Origin: a bacterium
GTDB lineage: Bacteria > RBG-13-61-14 > DATKZS01
Reading direction: 5' to 3'
Length of the DNA stretch: 64,000 bases
NCBI GenBank assembly: GCA_963674965.2
Contig: CAXXFL010000001.1
Span: forward strand, 32,001 to 96,000
The translations under genes were made by a program, and so were the position numbers. Below, in pieces: positions 39,856 to 52,017 of the stretch. The notes below the pieces were generated by a model, which saw nothing but the letters and a program-made list of their open reading frames with translations, was not told the origin of the DNA and did no database searches. Position 1 is the first letter of the stretch; the number at the start of each line of letters is the position of its first letter.

Positions 39856-41004
39856 TTGATTAAGCGGGAAAAAGCCATACTTGCGCTCGCCGACGGCGAG
39901 GTCCTGGAGGGCCGCTCCTTCGGGGCCTCCGGACTGGCCGCGGGCGAGGTCGTTTTCCATACCGGAATGACCGGCTACCAGGAGATACTTACCGACCCCT
40001 CCTACCACGGGCAGGTGGTGACCATGACCTATACCCAGATCGGCAACACCGGCGTAAACCCGGAGGACATGGAATCGAGAAAGGTCTGGGTCAAGGGCTT
40101 CGTGGTCAAGGAATACATCGAGACGCCGTCCAATTTCCGCTCGACCGTTCCCCTGGGCGAATACCTCAAGGAACAGGGGATAGTGGCCATCGAGGGCTTG
40201 GACACGCGCTTTCTCACCAGGAGGCTGAGGGACAAGGGCTCGGTCGCGGGGGTCATCGCCGCGGGCGACCATGATCCAGCCGAGCTGGTCGAGATGGCCC
40301 GGAACGCCCCCGATATAGTGGGCCGGGACCTGGTGGCCGAGGTAACCGGCGATAGCCCGTACACGTTCGAGGAGGGCACGTGGAAACTGGGGCAGGGCCA
40401 TCCCGTCCCCGACAAGCCCCCCCGCTTCAACGTGGTGGCCATGGATTTCGGTATCAAGACCAACATCCTGCGCATGCTGGTGGACGCCGGCTGCAAGGTC
40501 CAGGTCGTGCCCGCCTCCACCCCGGCCGAGCGTATACTCGAGCTTTCGCCCGACGGGCTGTTCCTTTCCAACGGGCCGGGTGACCCCGAGGGCGTTCCCT
40601 ACGCCTTCGAGACGGTCCGGCAGATAATGAACAAGCGCCCCGAGCTTCCCATCTTCGGCATCTGCCTGGGACACCAGCTCCTAGGGCTGGCCATGGGCTG
40701 CAAGACGGTCAAGCTCAAGTTCGGTCACCACGGGGCCAACCATCCGGTCAAGGACCTGGCCGCGGGCGCGGTGGCCATCACCAGCCAGAACCACAACTTC
40801 GCCGTGCCCATGGATTTTTTCAAGCGGCCCGACTGCCCGGCGGAGCTGACCCATCTGAACCTTAACGACGACACCTGCGAGGGCATGAAGCACAAGGAAC
40901 TGCCGGTGTTCAGCGTTCAGTACCATCCCGAGGCCTCGCCAGGCCCGCGGGACGCGGCGCCCCTTTTCGGCGAGTTCGTCAAGCTGATGGAGGAGGGCGA
41001 GTGA
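39856..41004 (+). CDS. carA: Carbamoyl-phosphate synthase small subunit
   Basis: GEVVF.TGMTGYQE.LTDPSY, LSNGPGDP, GICLGHQL, SVQYHPEASPGP. Confidence 0.97.
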   Translation: MIKREKAILALADGEVLEGRSFGASGLAAGEVVFHTGMTGYQEILTDPSYHGQVVTMTYTQIGNTGVNPEDMESRKVWVKGFVVKEYIETPSNFRSTVPLGEYLKEQGIVAIEGLDTRFLTRRLRDKGSVAGVIAAGDHDPAELVEMARNAPDIVGRDLVAEVTGDSPYTFEEGTWKLGQGHPVPDKPPRFNVVAMDFGIKTNILRMLVDAGCKVQVVPASTPAERILELSPDGLFLSNGPGDPEGVPYAFETVRQIMNKRPELPIFGICLGHQLLGLAMGCKTVKLKFGHHGANHPVKDLAAGAVAITSQNHNFAVPMDFFKRPDCPAELTHLNLNDDTCEGMKHKELPVFSVQYHPEASPGPRDAAPLFGEFVKLMEEGE

Positions 41005-41627
41005 GCGAGCTTTTCGAGCGCCTCTTCCGTGAGGTCCACGGCTTCGTGGACGCCGAGGAGTTCAAGGCCGAGCTCAAGGCCGCCAAGGAGGAGTTCTGGA
41101 AGAAAACGGGCAAGCCCCTGCCGGGCGAGCCCATCGAGGAGCTCAGGCTGGTGAGCTTCATCGAGTGGTTCATCTTCGACCGGTTCCTGACCGAGTTTAA
41201 AAGGACCCCCCTCGAGGAGTTCATGCGGCGCCGGGCCGACGAGCTCTCGCCCGAGGAAATCGAGATACTGCGGGGCTTCTCGGCCAACGTTCACGCCGTT
41301 TTCCTGGTCCTGAAAAGAGACGGCCGGACGGTGGACTTGAAGGACCTTTACACGGGCCGAAAGTTCAGGGGCGTGCAAAGGGCGCCCATCAGCCTGGGGA
41401 AGGGAGACATGGCCGAGCTGCGGCTCATTCCCGCCGGCGGCGAGTTCTTCTCGGCCGACGCTCTTTGCTTCCATCCCTTTTCGGCCAAGAAGCGTATCGA
41501 GAGGATATTGAAGGAGGCCGGCAAAAAGGGGGAACCGCCGGACGACGTGCTCGAGCGCCTCATGGCCATGAACACGCGCTCCGAGCACTCGCCCAAGACG
41601 GCCAAGGTCAACGCCTATGGCCCCTAA
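41001..41627 (+). CDS. Conserved hypothetical protein
   Basis: Overlaps carA stop and the next start; natural-looking sequence (F.EWFIFDR...TPLE.F, V.LKDL.TG). Confidence 0.7.
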   Translation: MSELFERLFREVHGFVDAEEFKAELKAAKEEFWKKTGKPLPGEPIEELRLVSFIEWFIFDRFLTEFKRTPLEEFMRRRADELSPEEIEILRGFSANVHAVFLVLKRDGRTVDLKDLYTGRKFRGVQRAPISLGKGDMAELRLIPAGGEFFSADALCFHPFSAKKRIERILKEAGKKGEPPDDVLERLMAMNTRSEHSPKTAKVNAYGP

Positions 41628-42546
41628 GTCCGGCGCCCGCTACCTCTCGCTGAGCGAGGGCGACTGGCGCGAAAAGACTCGGGCGGCCATGGACCTTCTT
41701 GCCCCCTGCCGGCTCTGCCCCCGCGCCTGCGGGGCGGACAGGCTGAAGGGGGAGACGGGGGTTTGCGGCGGGGGGGACATGGCCGAGGTCTCGAGCTATA
41801 ACGACCACCGCGGGGAGGAGCCCCCCCTTTCGGGCTATAACGGGTCGGGCACGATCTTCTTCTCGCGCTGCAACTTAAAGTGCGTTTTTTGTCAGAACTA
41901 CCCGATCAGCCACCTTGGCAACGGCCGGAGGACGGCGGCGGGGGAGATTTCGAGGATGATGCTCGACCTCCAGAAAAGGGGCTGTCATAACGTGAACTTC
42001 GTGACGCCCACGCATATGATGCCCTTTATCGTCGAGGCCATGCCCCTGGCCGCGGCGGGCGGGCTTCGCGTTCCCCTGGTCTACAACTGCGGCGGTTACG
42101 AGGCGCTCGAGGCGCTCGAGATACTCGACGGGGTGGTGGATATTTACCTTCCGGACATGAAGTACGGAAGCGACGAGCCGGCCAAGGTCTTTTCCGGCGC
42201 GCCGGACTACGTCGAGCACAACCGCCGGGCCATCCTCGAGATGCACCGGCAGGTGGGCGACCTGGTATTGGACGACGAGGGGATCGCCGTCTCGGGGCTT
42301 ATAATACGGCACCTGGTGCTGCCCGAGGGCCTGGCCGGTTCCGACTCGGTGCTCGAGTTTATCGCCGAGAAGGTCTCGCGTTCCGCGGCCATCAGCCTTA
42401 TGAGCCAGTATTTCCCGGCCCATAAGGCCTTCGAGCACCCCTCCGTCTCGAGGCGTCCGAGCCGGGAGGAGTACCGGGCCGCCGTAAGGACCTTGGAGGA
42501 GCTGGGCCTTGAAAACGGCTGGCTCCAGGACGAGGGATTGGCCTAG
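41617..42546 (+). CDS. Radical SAM protein, PflX-like
   Basis: CRLCPRAC, GEEPPLSG..GSGTIFF, CNLKCVFCQNY.IS, YLPDMKY, IRHLVLP, SLMSQY.P. Confidence 0.9.
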   Translation: MAPKSGARYLSLSEGDWREKTRAAMDLLAPCRLCPRACGADRLKGETGVCGGGDMAEVSSYNDHRGEEPPLSGYNGSGTIFFSRCNLKCVFCQNYPISHLGNGRRTAAGEISRMMLDLQKRGCHNVNFVTPTHMMPFIVEAMPLAAAGGLRVPLVYNCGGYEALEALEILDGVVDIYLPDMKYGSDEPAKVFSGAPDYVEHNRRAILEMHRQVGDLVLDDEGIAVSGLIIRHLVLPEGLAGSDSVLEFIAEKVSRSAAISLMSQYFPAHKAFEHPSVSRRPSREEYRAAVRTLEELGLENGWLQDEGLA

Positions 42547-42569
42547 CCGTCCTTGAAAGGAGATGGGAC

Positions 42570-43409
42570 ATGAAAACCCGGTCGAGGATTATTCCGCTTG
42601 CCCTTATCGCGGTCCTGGCCATGGGGCTGAGCTGGGAGGGAGACGTCTTTTACGCCTCGAGCATGGGCTACCTCAAAAGGGTCAAGAAGCTGGTAAAGGA
42701 CGATCCCGCCCTGGTCAACGCCCGGAACGAGGAGGGCGAGACGCCCATTTTCCGGGCCGTGTTCTGGGACCGGGAGAAGGTGTGTTCCTTTTTGATCGAG
42801 AAGGGCGCCGACGTGAACGCGGTGGACAAATGGGGCAACTCTCCTCTGCACATGGCCGCGGCCAAGGGCAGGACAAAGATAGCGGTCCTCCTGGTCTCGA
42901 AGGGGGCCGAGGTCAACATGGCCAATGAAAAGGGAGACGCGCCCCTCCACCTGGCCGCCCTTAACGGCAGGGATGAGATCGTGGACCTTTTGATAAAGAG
43001 CGCCGCCGAGGTGGACGCGAAAAACAAGGAGAGCAAAACGCCGCTCCAGCTCGCGGCCTACGGCGGACGCGCCAAGGCGGGCTCGACGCTGCTGGCCGCT
43101 GGGGCCGACCCGGGCAACGTGGACGCCCTCGGGCTTACCCCCCTCCACCAGGCGGCCTATTACGGGGAGAGGGACCTTTGCGAGGCCCTCATCGGCAAAG
43201 GGGCCGACGTGAACGCCCGCTCGAACAAGGGACAGACGCCCCTGCACATGGCGGCCTTTAATGGCGACCGCGAGGTCATCGAGCTTTTGGTGGACGCCGG
43301 GGCCCGGATCAACGAAAAGGACGCCGACGGCAAGACGCCCCATACCTACGCCGTCGAGAAAAGGAACAAGGACGCCGCGACCTTCCTCGAGGAACGGGGA
43401 GGGAACTGA
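42570..43409 (+). CDS. Secreted ankyrin-repeat protein
   Basis: Signal peptide plus about 7 G.TPLH.AA..G...L...GADVN repeats. Confidence 0.92.
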   Translation: MKTRSRIIPLALIAVLAMGLSWEGDVFYASSMGYLKRVKKLVKDDPALVNARNEEGETPIFRAVFWDREKVCSFLIEKGADVNAVDKWGNSPLHMAAAKGRTKIAVLLVSKGAEVNMANEKGDAPLHLAALNGRDEIVDLLIKSAAEVDAKNKESKTPLQLAAYGGRAKAGSTLLAAGADPGNVDALGLTPLHQAAYYGERDLCEALIGKGADVNARSNKGQTPLHMAAFNGDREVIELLVDAGARINEKDADGKTPHTYAVEKRNKDAATFLEERGGN

Positions 43410-43469
43410 GGCGGCCGTCGCGCCGCGAGGGATTATTTCGGCGCGAGAAGATTGAGGGATTAAAAAAAT

Positions 43470-46700
<3,231 letters not shown>

Positions 46701-46791
46701 GCGGGACCCCTCCCCCGGGCGACGCGCCCCAAAGACAAGCGCCGGGTCCAAGGCCCAAGGGCCCGTCCCGGCGCGTGGTTTTTCTCCAGTA

Positions 46792-47550
46792 TTAATTAAT
46801 TTTTCTGGATTTCATGCTCAGCACGGCGAACTGGACGCGCCGGTTCTTGGCGTAGGCCGCCTCCGTCTGGGAGGGGTCGATGGGGAAGTTCTCGCCGTAG
46901 CTGATGGTCTCCATCTGCGTTGACGGCACTCCCGCCGATACCAGGTAGTCGTAGGCCATACGGGCGCGCTTGGCGCCGAGGGCGTCGTTGTACTCGTCCG
47001 TTCCCCTCTCGTCGCAGTGGCCTTCCACCTTGACGTGCACGTTGGGGTGCTGGCGAAGCCAGTCGGCGTTGTTGTTCAGAATGGACTTGGCCTCGTCCGA
47101 CAGGGCGTCGGAGTCGAAACCGAAGTGGACCATTTTGAGCACCTGCCGGGCCATGTCGGCCTCGGTCATGGCCTGGCCCTCCCGGTCGAGAGATTCCTGC
47201 TGGATCGCCGCCAGACGCTCGGCCTCGACCCGCCTCTTCTCGACCTTCTCCAGTTCACCCAGCGCCAGGCCCTTGGCTATGCGGGCCTTCTCCGCCGACT
47301 CGTTGGCCTTGGTCTCGGACTTCTTGTAACGGATGCGGTCGAAAAGCTCCTGGGCCTCCAAGAGGCTTTCCTCAGCCGACTTGAACTCGACCGCCGCCAG
47401 CTCGTCCGCGTTCACCGCCCTGGCGTCCTCGATGGCGTCCTTCGCCCCCTCGATGGCCTGCTTGGCGTTCTTGCCGCAGGACTCAGCGCCCATTATACCT
47501 ACGTAAAGCGCCATTAACGCTACTAACCAAACCGTCCTTTTAAGTTTCAT
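46792..47550 (-). CDS. OmpA/Pal-like lipoprotein with N-terminal DUF4398-like helical domain
   Basis: AAGGAG RBS; signal ending in Cys; VHFGFDS, VEGHCDERGTDEYNDALG..RA, SYGE..P, KNRRV. Confidence 0.88.
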   Translation of the reverse strand: MKLKRTVWLVALMALYVGIMGAESCGKNAKQAIEGAKDAIEDARAVNADELAAVEFKSAEESLLEAQELFDRIRYKKSETKANESAEKARIAKGLALGELEKVEKRRVEAERLAAIQQESLDREGQAMTEADMARQVLKMVHFGFDSDALSDEAKSILNNNADWLRQHPNVHVKVEGHCDERGTDEYNDALGAKRARMAYDYLVSAGVPSTQMETISYGENFPIDPSQTEAAYAKNRRVQFAVLSMKSRKIN

Positions 47551-47706
47551 CTTAATCTCCTTCCAGATCCGGTTGATCGAGATAAGTCTATCTATAAACG
47601 GCCAGAATGCAAATTTCAAGGGGGGAAAACAAATAACGCCTCCATGCGGGACCGGCGCTGGAGGATGACCCCGACGGGCATCGGGGCCGGACGCGGCCGA
47701 CGCGAT

Positions 47707-47835
47707 GGGTGGCGCGGATAGCTCGACTATCCGCGAGGCGATAGCCGTTGGATTGAAATGTACGAGCCTGGCGGATCGCGGCCCCTTTCCCGCGCCTTCG
47801 GCGCCCGGATAGCAAAGCTATCCGGGCCATCACCC
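47707..47835. repeat. Inverted pair of REP-like hairpin elements
   Basis: CGCGGATAG-CTCGA-CTATCCGCG (47713-47735) and CCCGGATAG-CAAAG-CTATCCGGG (47804-47826), each with an inner small GC hairpin and an outer GGGTG-like flank, in opposite orientations. Confidence 0.75.
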
Positions 47836-48130
47836 CCGCCCCGGGTGACCAATGGGTAACCCGTCCGGTTTCGCCAGAAACCGCGCGGGTCCCGCGGAGC
47901 GGGATGGGTATTCCGCCACGCCCCTCTCGTTACTCCATCTTTCCACAAGTCTCCGCCATCATGCCGACGTGCCAATCAGGCTCCGCCAGACCCGAACGGT
48001 TTTTTGGAGAACCTATTTGGAAGACCGAAGGGAGCAGTCCGGCGCTTTTGGATTGAATACCGGCCCACGATTTTATTTATAATAAGAATACCAAAAGAGG
48101 CAAGACGGGGACCATATTTTTCGAGCCGCG

Positions 48131-48175
48131 CGACCCGCTCGCTATGCTCGCCCACATAGCGGAGCCATGGGATAC
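48131..48175. repeat. Degenerate copy of the ATAG-N5-CTAT hairpin family; direct repeat with 49019-49047
   Basis: CGCCCACATAGCGGAGCCATGGGATAC resembles the array core; 48131-48159 matches 49019-49047 at 25/29 nt. Confidence 0.6.
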
Positions 48176-48195
48176 GCCCCTAAGGGCAATGTGGT

Positions 48196-48876
48196 TTATC
48201 CGTTACCCGCTTTTTTCTTGTAGCTTTTTACCGCAAAAATCATTATCAGAATGGAGGGAATGATACTCAATATTGCCAGGCCATTATAAAGACAATCGAT
48301 TTTACCGTCCCAGTAATCGGAGTGATATTCAAAACAATCGGTAGTAACAACGTCCGTTACCCCCTTGGCATCGAGGGCCGCTTTGAATCCAAGGAAATCG
48401 GCGAATACCTTCGTTTCGCCGGTTAACGTATCGAGGATATAATATTTCTCGATCGAATATTGAGTGGTTTCAAAGGTCCCATAAACGACCGGTCCGGATT
48501 TACCGACGCTTATTACGTCGCTTACATAGGGATTGCCGTCTTTTTCTATGTGCGCGCTACCGGGCATATCGGTAAATCCCAGCAGGAAATCATTACCGAC
48601 CGGCGCCTGCCAATAATCTCCGCAGCCTCGATATTTCTGGACGTCGTCTTCAGTCAGATACAGATGCAAAACGGTTATAAGCAGCAATGAAACGCCGAAA
48701 ACGATCGAGCATATCAACGTCAAAGCGGCCGAAGAGAGAAATATTCTGACTTTCGAAATCTTTTGCTTGATGTTTTTATCGGAAAATAAAAGCAATATTG
48801 ACAGGAGAAGAAATGGTATTGATGAGAGCAGAGTATAAATAATGACTTGAAAACATATCGCAACCATACATCCCAT
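48196..48876 (-). CDS. Hypothetical membrane protein (low GC)
   Basis: GGAG RBS before ATG 48876; 2 N-terminal TM, soluble loop, 1 C-terminal TM. Confidence 0.7.
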   Translation of the reverse strand: MGCMVAICFQVIIYTLLSSIPFLLLSILLLFSDKNIKQKISKVRIFLSSAALTLICSIVFGVSLLLITVLHLYLTEDDVQKYRGCGDYWQAPVGNDFLLGFTDMPGSAHIEKDGNPYVSDVISVGKSGPVVYGTFETTQYSIEKYYILDTLTGETKVFADFLGFKAALDAKGVTDVVTTDCFEYHSDYWDGKIDCLYNGLAILSIIPSILIMIFAVKSYKKKAGNG

Positions 48877-49018
48877 GGTTATTCTCCACGGCCCGCGCCC
48901 GGCGAACGCCGCAAGATGGAGACGGCGGATATCCAATGAGTCAAGGGTCCCTCCTTCCAGTTAGTAAATGAAAGAACTTATCGGCATGCGCGTCCAGATT
49001 TGAATAGTGGAAACGCGC

Positions 49019-49047
49019 CGACCCGATCTCTATGCTCTCCCATATAG
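49019..49047. repeat. Second copy of 29-bp direct repeat/hairpin
   Basis: CGACCCGATCTCTATGCTCTCCCATATAG versus CGACCCGCTCGCTATGCTCGCCCACATAG. Confidence 0.55.
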
Positions 49048-49134
49048 AAGAGGTGGCGCCCGTTGGTATAGCTACCCCCTCGTTGTCTCGGGCGGCTTCG
49101 AATACTCCGTTATCCCCGTTGCACGAGCATTCAT

Positions 49135-49551
49135 TTAGAAATCTTTATTAACGCTTACTACGGTCGGTAAAGAGGAATAAAGGTCTTTGTTGACGATAAT
49201 GATATATAAGAATAGGGCTAAAACGGTAAAGTTTGAGAGGATATTTAAGTCATTGTAAGCCAGTGTTCCGATCAGGTTAACCAAGAAAATGTACATTAGC
49301 AATGTTTCTCTCATGAATATATAGTTGTATAAAGAATTATTGCGCCATACAAACATCAGTCTGCTTAAGAATATTGGAAGAGCGATTACAGATAATAATA
49401 CTTTGGGCTGCGCTTGATGAAGGTTTAGATAAGTCATGAGGCAGAGGCAGGAAATAAGGCCCATTAAGAGAAACCACAGCTTGAAGTGAATATACATATG
49501 AAAGAAAAAAAGACAAACCAGAAAAAGCAAGACATATGTGACGTCTATCAT
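49135..49551 (-). CDS. Small, very hydrophobic hypothetical membrane protein (AT-rich)
   Basis: AAGGAG RBS 6 nt before ATG 49551; about 4-5 TM in 138 aa. Confidence 0.6.
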   Translation of the reverse strand: MIDVTYVLLFLVCLFFFHMYIHFKLWFLLMGLISCLCLMTYLNLHQAQPKVLLSVIALPIFLSRLMFVWRNNSLYNYIFMRETLLMYIFLVNLIGTLAYNDLNILSNFTVLALFLYIIIVNKDLYSSLPTVVSVNKDF

Positions 49552-49669
49552 TCTAATCTCCTTATGCTGTCCTGGTTCAGCGGGAAATGAAGCTCCCCGC
49601 TTATGCAAATTGAGCGCGTGCCGCACCCACCCTATTTTTTTCCGCTTCTCAGGCGGGAGTTTTTAAGGC

Positions 49670-49805
49670 GCCGGGGATATCGAAGGATGAGGTTCAAGAG
49701 CGGGCGCGGAAGGTTGATCCCACGCCATCATCCTTGAGATGATCCCGATAGGCTATCCCTCGGCGGGTTGCTCCAGGGCAGGGCCCGCCTCCGGTTTGAC
49801 CTGAT
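49670..49805 (-). ncRNA. Candidate structured ncRNA or 5' leader
   Basis: Follows a TTGACA/TAGACT promoter; stems 49762-67/49784-89 and 49674-92/49725-46 with a nested hairpin; no convincing ORF. Confidence 0.4.
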
Positions 49806-49811
49806 AGAATT

Positions 49812-49841
49812 AGTCTACGCAACCCGCGAGACGGTTGTCAA
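49812..49841 (-). promoter_or_regulatory. Putative sigma70 promoter
   Basis: TTGACA-N18-TAGACT. Confidence 0.55.
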
Positions 49842-50014
49842 ATCCGTCAAGCCACAGGCTGAACGCCTCCAGCGGCAATCGCGTTGAAATGCCTTTTTAA
49901 GTAGAGAAGATAAAAAATAATCCGCGTCCGATTATAAATAAATCAATGCTCAGCCCATGCATTTTCAAAAATGCATGGGCCATCTTGCGGCGGCAAGGCC
50001 CCCGGGTCCGGTCT

Positions 50015-50248
50015 TCAGCGCTTGTGGCAGCCGGGGGTGGCGCAGGGCTCGGCGGCCCCGCAGCAGGGGGTGTCCTTGCCGCACTGGAGGGCGCCGCCGG
50101 GCGAGGAGACGCCGACCTTGCCGGGCGCGGAGAGGAGCTTGCTTACCTTTTTCGACCCGCAGGCCGAGCACCCGGGCTCCTCCCCCGGCCCGATCACCAG
50201 CTCGAAGCGCTCGCCGCACTTATTGCACTGGTACTCGTAGATGGGCAT
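50015..50248 (-). CDS. FmdB-family zinc ribbon protein
   Basis: MPIYEYQCNKCG.RFE...CSACGS...KLLSAP. Confidence 0.9.
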   Translation of the reverse strand: MPIYEYQCNKCGERFELVIGPGEEPGCSACGSKKVSKLLSAPGKVGVSSPGGALQCGKDTPCCGAAEPCATPGCHKR

Positions 50249-50249
50249 G

Positions 50250-50588
50250 TCAGTGGTCGCAGACGTTCTGCCCGCTTGCGAGAGACCCGTCCAGGTAGGA
50301 CATGACCAGTTTCTCGGGGTCGGCCGCCGGGGCGCCCACGATGACGTGTATGCCGCGCTCCTCGAAGAGGTTGATGGCGCGCTGGCCCATGCCGCCGGCG
50401 ATGACCAAGGTCACTCCCTGGTCTGCCAGGAAGGGCGGAAGAACGCCCGGCTGGTGGGGGGGCGGCTTGAGGGAAGACTTTCCCTTGATGGTTTTGGTTT
50501 CCGGGTCCACGTCGATTACCTCGAAAATCTCGCAATGCCCGAAATGCATGCATAGTTGGCCTTCGGCCACCGGTATCGCTACTTTCAT
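50250..50588 (-). CDS. NifB/NifX-family Fe-Mo cluster-binding domain protein
   Basis: HFGHCE.F, PPHQPG.LP.FL, IAGGMGQRA, C-terminal NVCDH. Confidence 0.88.
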   Translation of the reverse strand: MKVAIPVAEGQLCMHFGHCEIFEVIDVDPETKTIKGKSSLKPPPHQPGVLPPFLADQGVTLVIAGGMGQRAINLFEERGIHVIVGAPAADPEKLVMSYLDGSLASGQNVCDH

Positions 50589-50623
50589 TTAGACTTCCTC
50601 CTTGATACTGAATATTACTTGTC

Positions 50624-51033
50624 TACAAATTTACAAGGGCACGGGACCGGCATAAGCCGTTAATCATAACCTGCGGCTTTCGCCGCCCACATAGGCAAGC
50701 TATGTGGGATACCCGCTACCCGCCGTTTACAAATTTACAAGGGCACGGGATCGGCATAGGCCGTTAATCATAACCTGCGGCTTTCGCCGCCCACATAGAC
50801 GAGCTATGTGGGATACCCGCTACCCGCCGTTTACAAATTTACAAGGGCACGGGATCGGTATAGGCCGTTAATCATAACCTGCGGCTTTCGCCGCCCACAT
50901 AGGCAAGCTATGTGGGATACCCGCTACCCGCCGTTTACAAATTTTCAAGGGTACGGGATCGGCATAAGCCGTTAATCATAACCCGCGGCTTTCGCCGCCC
51001 ACATAGGCAAGCTATACGGGATACCCAATACCC
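50624..51033. repeat. Tandem array of four 104-bp structured non-coding units
   Basis: Units start at 50624, 50728, 50832 and 50936; near-identical; each holds three hairpins. Confidence 0.95.
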
Positions 51034-51040
51034 AATTTAT

Positions 51041-51928
51041 TTATCTTAAGCCTTCCATTTTCTCGATCATGGGATCGAGGGCGGCGGCGAAGGCCTTGGC
51101 GCTCTCGGACTCGGCGAAGGCCGTGATGTAGGGCTTGCCCTCGTCGCAGGCCCTGGCTATCTCGGGATCGAGCGGTATCCTGCCCAGGAAGGGCACGTTC
51201 ATTTCCCTGGCCATCTGCTCTCCGCCGCCGGACTTGAATATCTCGGTGGTCTTGCCGCAATGGGGGCAGATAAACCCGGACATGTTCTCGATGACGCCGA
51301 GCACCGGCAGCTTGACGGTGCGGCAGAATTGTATGGACCGGCGCACGTCGATGACCGAGAGGTCCTGGGGCGTGGTCACGATGACGGCCCCGTCCAGGTC
51401 CTCCATGAGCTGGACCACGGACAAGGGCTCGTCGCCGGTGCCGGGCGGCGAGTCCACGATCAGGTAGTCAAGCTCTCCCCAGTGGACGTCCTTGAGGAAC
51501 TGCTTGATGACGCCCATCTTCATGGGACCGCGCCAGATCACGGCGTCCTCCTTGTTCCGGAGGAGAAGGCCGATGGACATGACCTTCAGCCGGTCTCCCA
51601 CGGTGGCCGGCACCAGCTTCTCCTGGAGCGCCTCGATGGGAAACCCCTCCAGACCCAGTATCCTGGGGATGCTGGGACCGTGGATGTCCACGTCCATGAG
51701 GCCCGTCATCTTGCCCCTGGCGGCCAGGGACAGGGCGAGGTTGGCGGAAACGGTCGATTTTCCCACGCCGCCCTTTCCGGAGAGGACCACGATTTTATTC
51801 TTGATCTGGCAGAGCTGACGCTGGAGTTCCTGCCTCTCCATGAACTCCTGGTCGGTCTCGCCCTGTTTCTTTCCCTTTGCCGAGCAGCTCCCCGAACTGC
51901 AATCTGAGCAACTCTTTCCCTCGGTCAC
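51041..51928 (-). CDS. mrp: Mrp/NBP35 (ApbC) Fe-S cluster carrier ATPase
   Basis: SGKGGVGKST, DVDIHGPSIP, IWRGPMK, DSPPGTGDE, VTTPQ, ENMSGFICPHC. Confidence 0.93.
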   Translation of the reverse strand: MTEGKSCSDCSSGSCSAKGKKQGETDQEFMERQELQRQLCQIKNKIVVLSGKGGVGKSTVSANLALSLAARGKMTGLMDVDIHGPSIPRILGLEGFPIEALQEKLVPATVGDRLKVMSIGLLLRNKEDAVIWRGPMKMGVIKQFLKDVHWGELDYLIVDSPPGTGDEPLSVVQLMEDLDGAVIVTTPQDLSVIDVRRSIQFCRTVKLPVLGVIENMSGFICPHCGKTTEIFKSGGGEQMAREMNVPFLGRIPLDPEIARACDEGKPYITAFAESESAKAFAAALDPMIEKMEGLR

Positions 51929-52017
51929 TTTACTTCCCTCCGTTTGCGAGATTAATAAGAGGGCGCGGTCGCGCCGTTACTTATTATAAATCCATTTCCC
52001 TTTTTATTCACTTATGC

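Noticed and set aside
47955-47976. Sigma54 promoter upstream of the OmpA gene (TGGCACG on minus strand)
   Set aside because: No GC at the required -12 spacing
48120-49075. Integron attC sites
   Set aside because: Hairpins lack proper RYYYAAC/GTTRRRY boxes (only the 49012-49073 copy has AAC/GTT ends) and there is no integrase
50624-51033. CRISPR array
   Set aside because: Units repeat over their whole 104 bp with no unique spacers, and no cas genes are in the window
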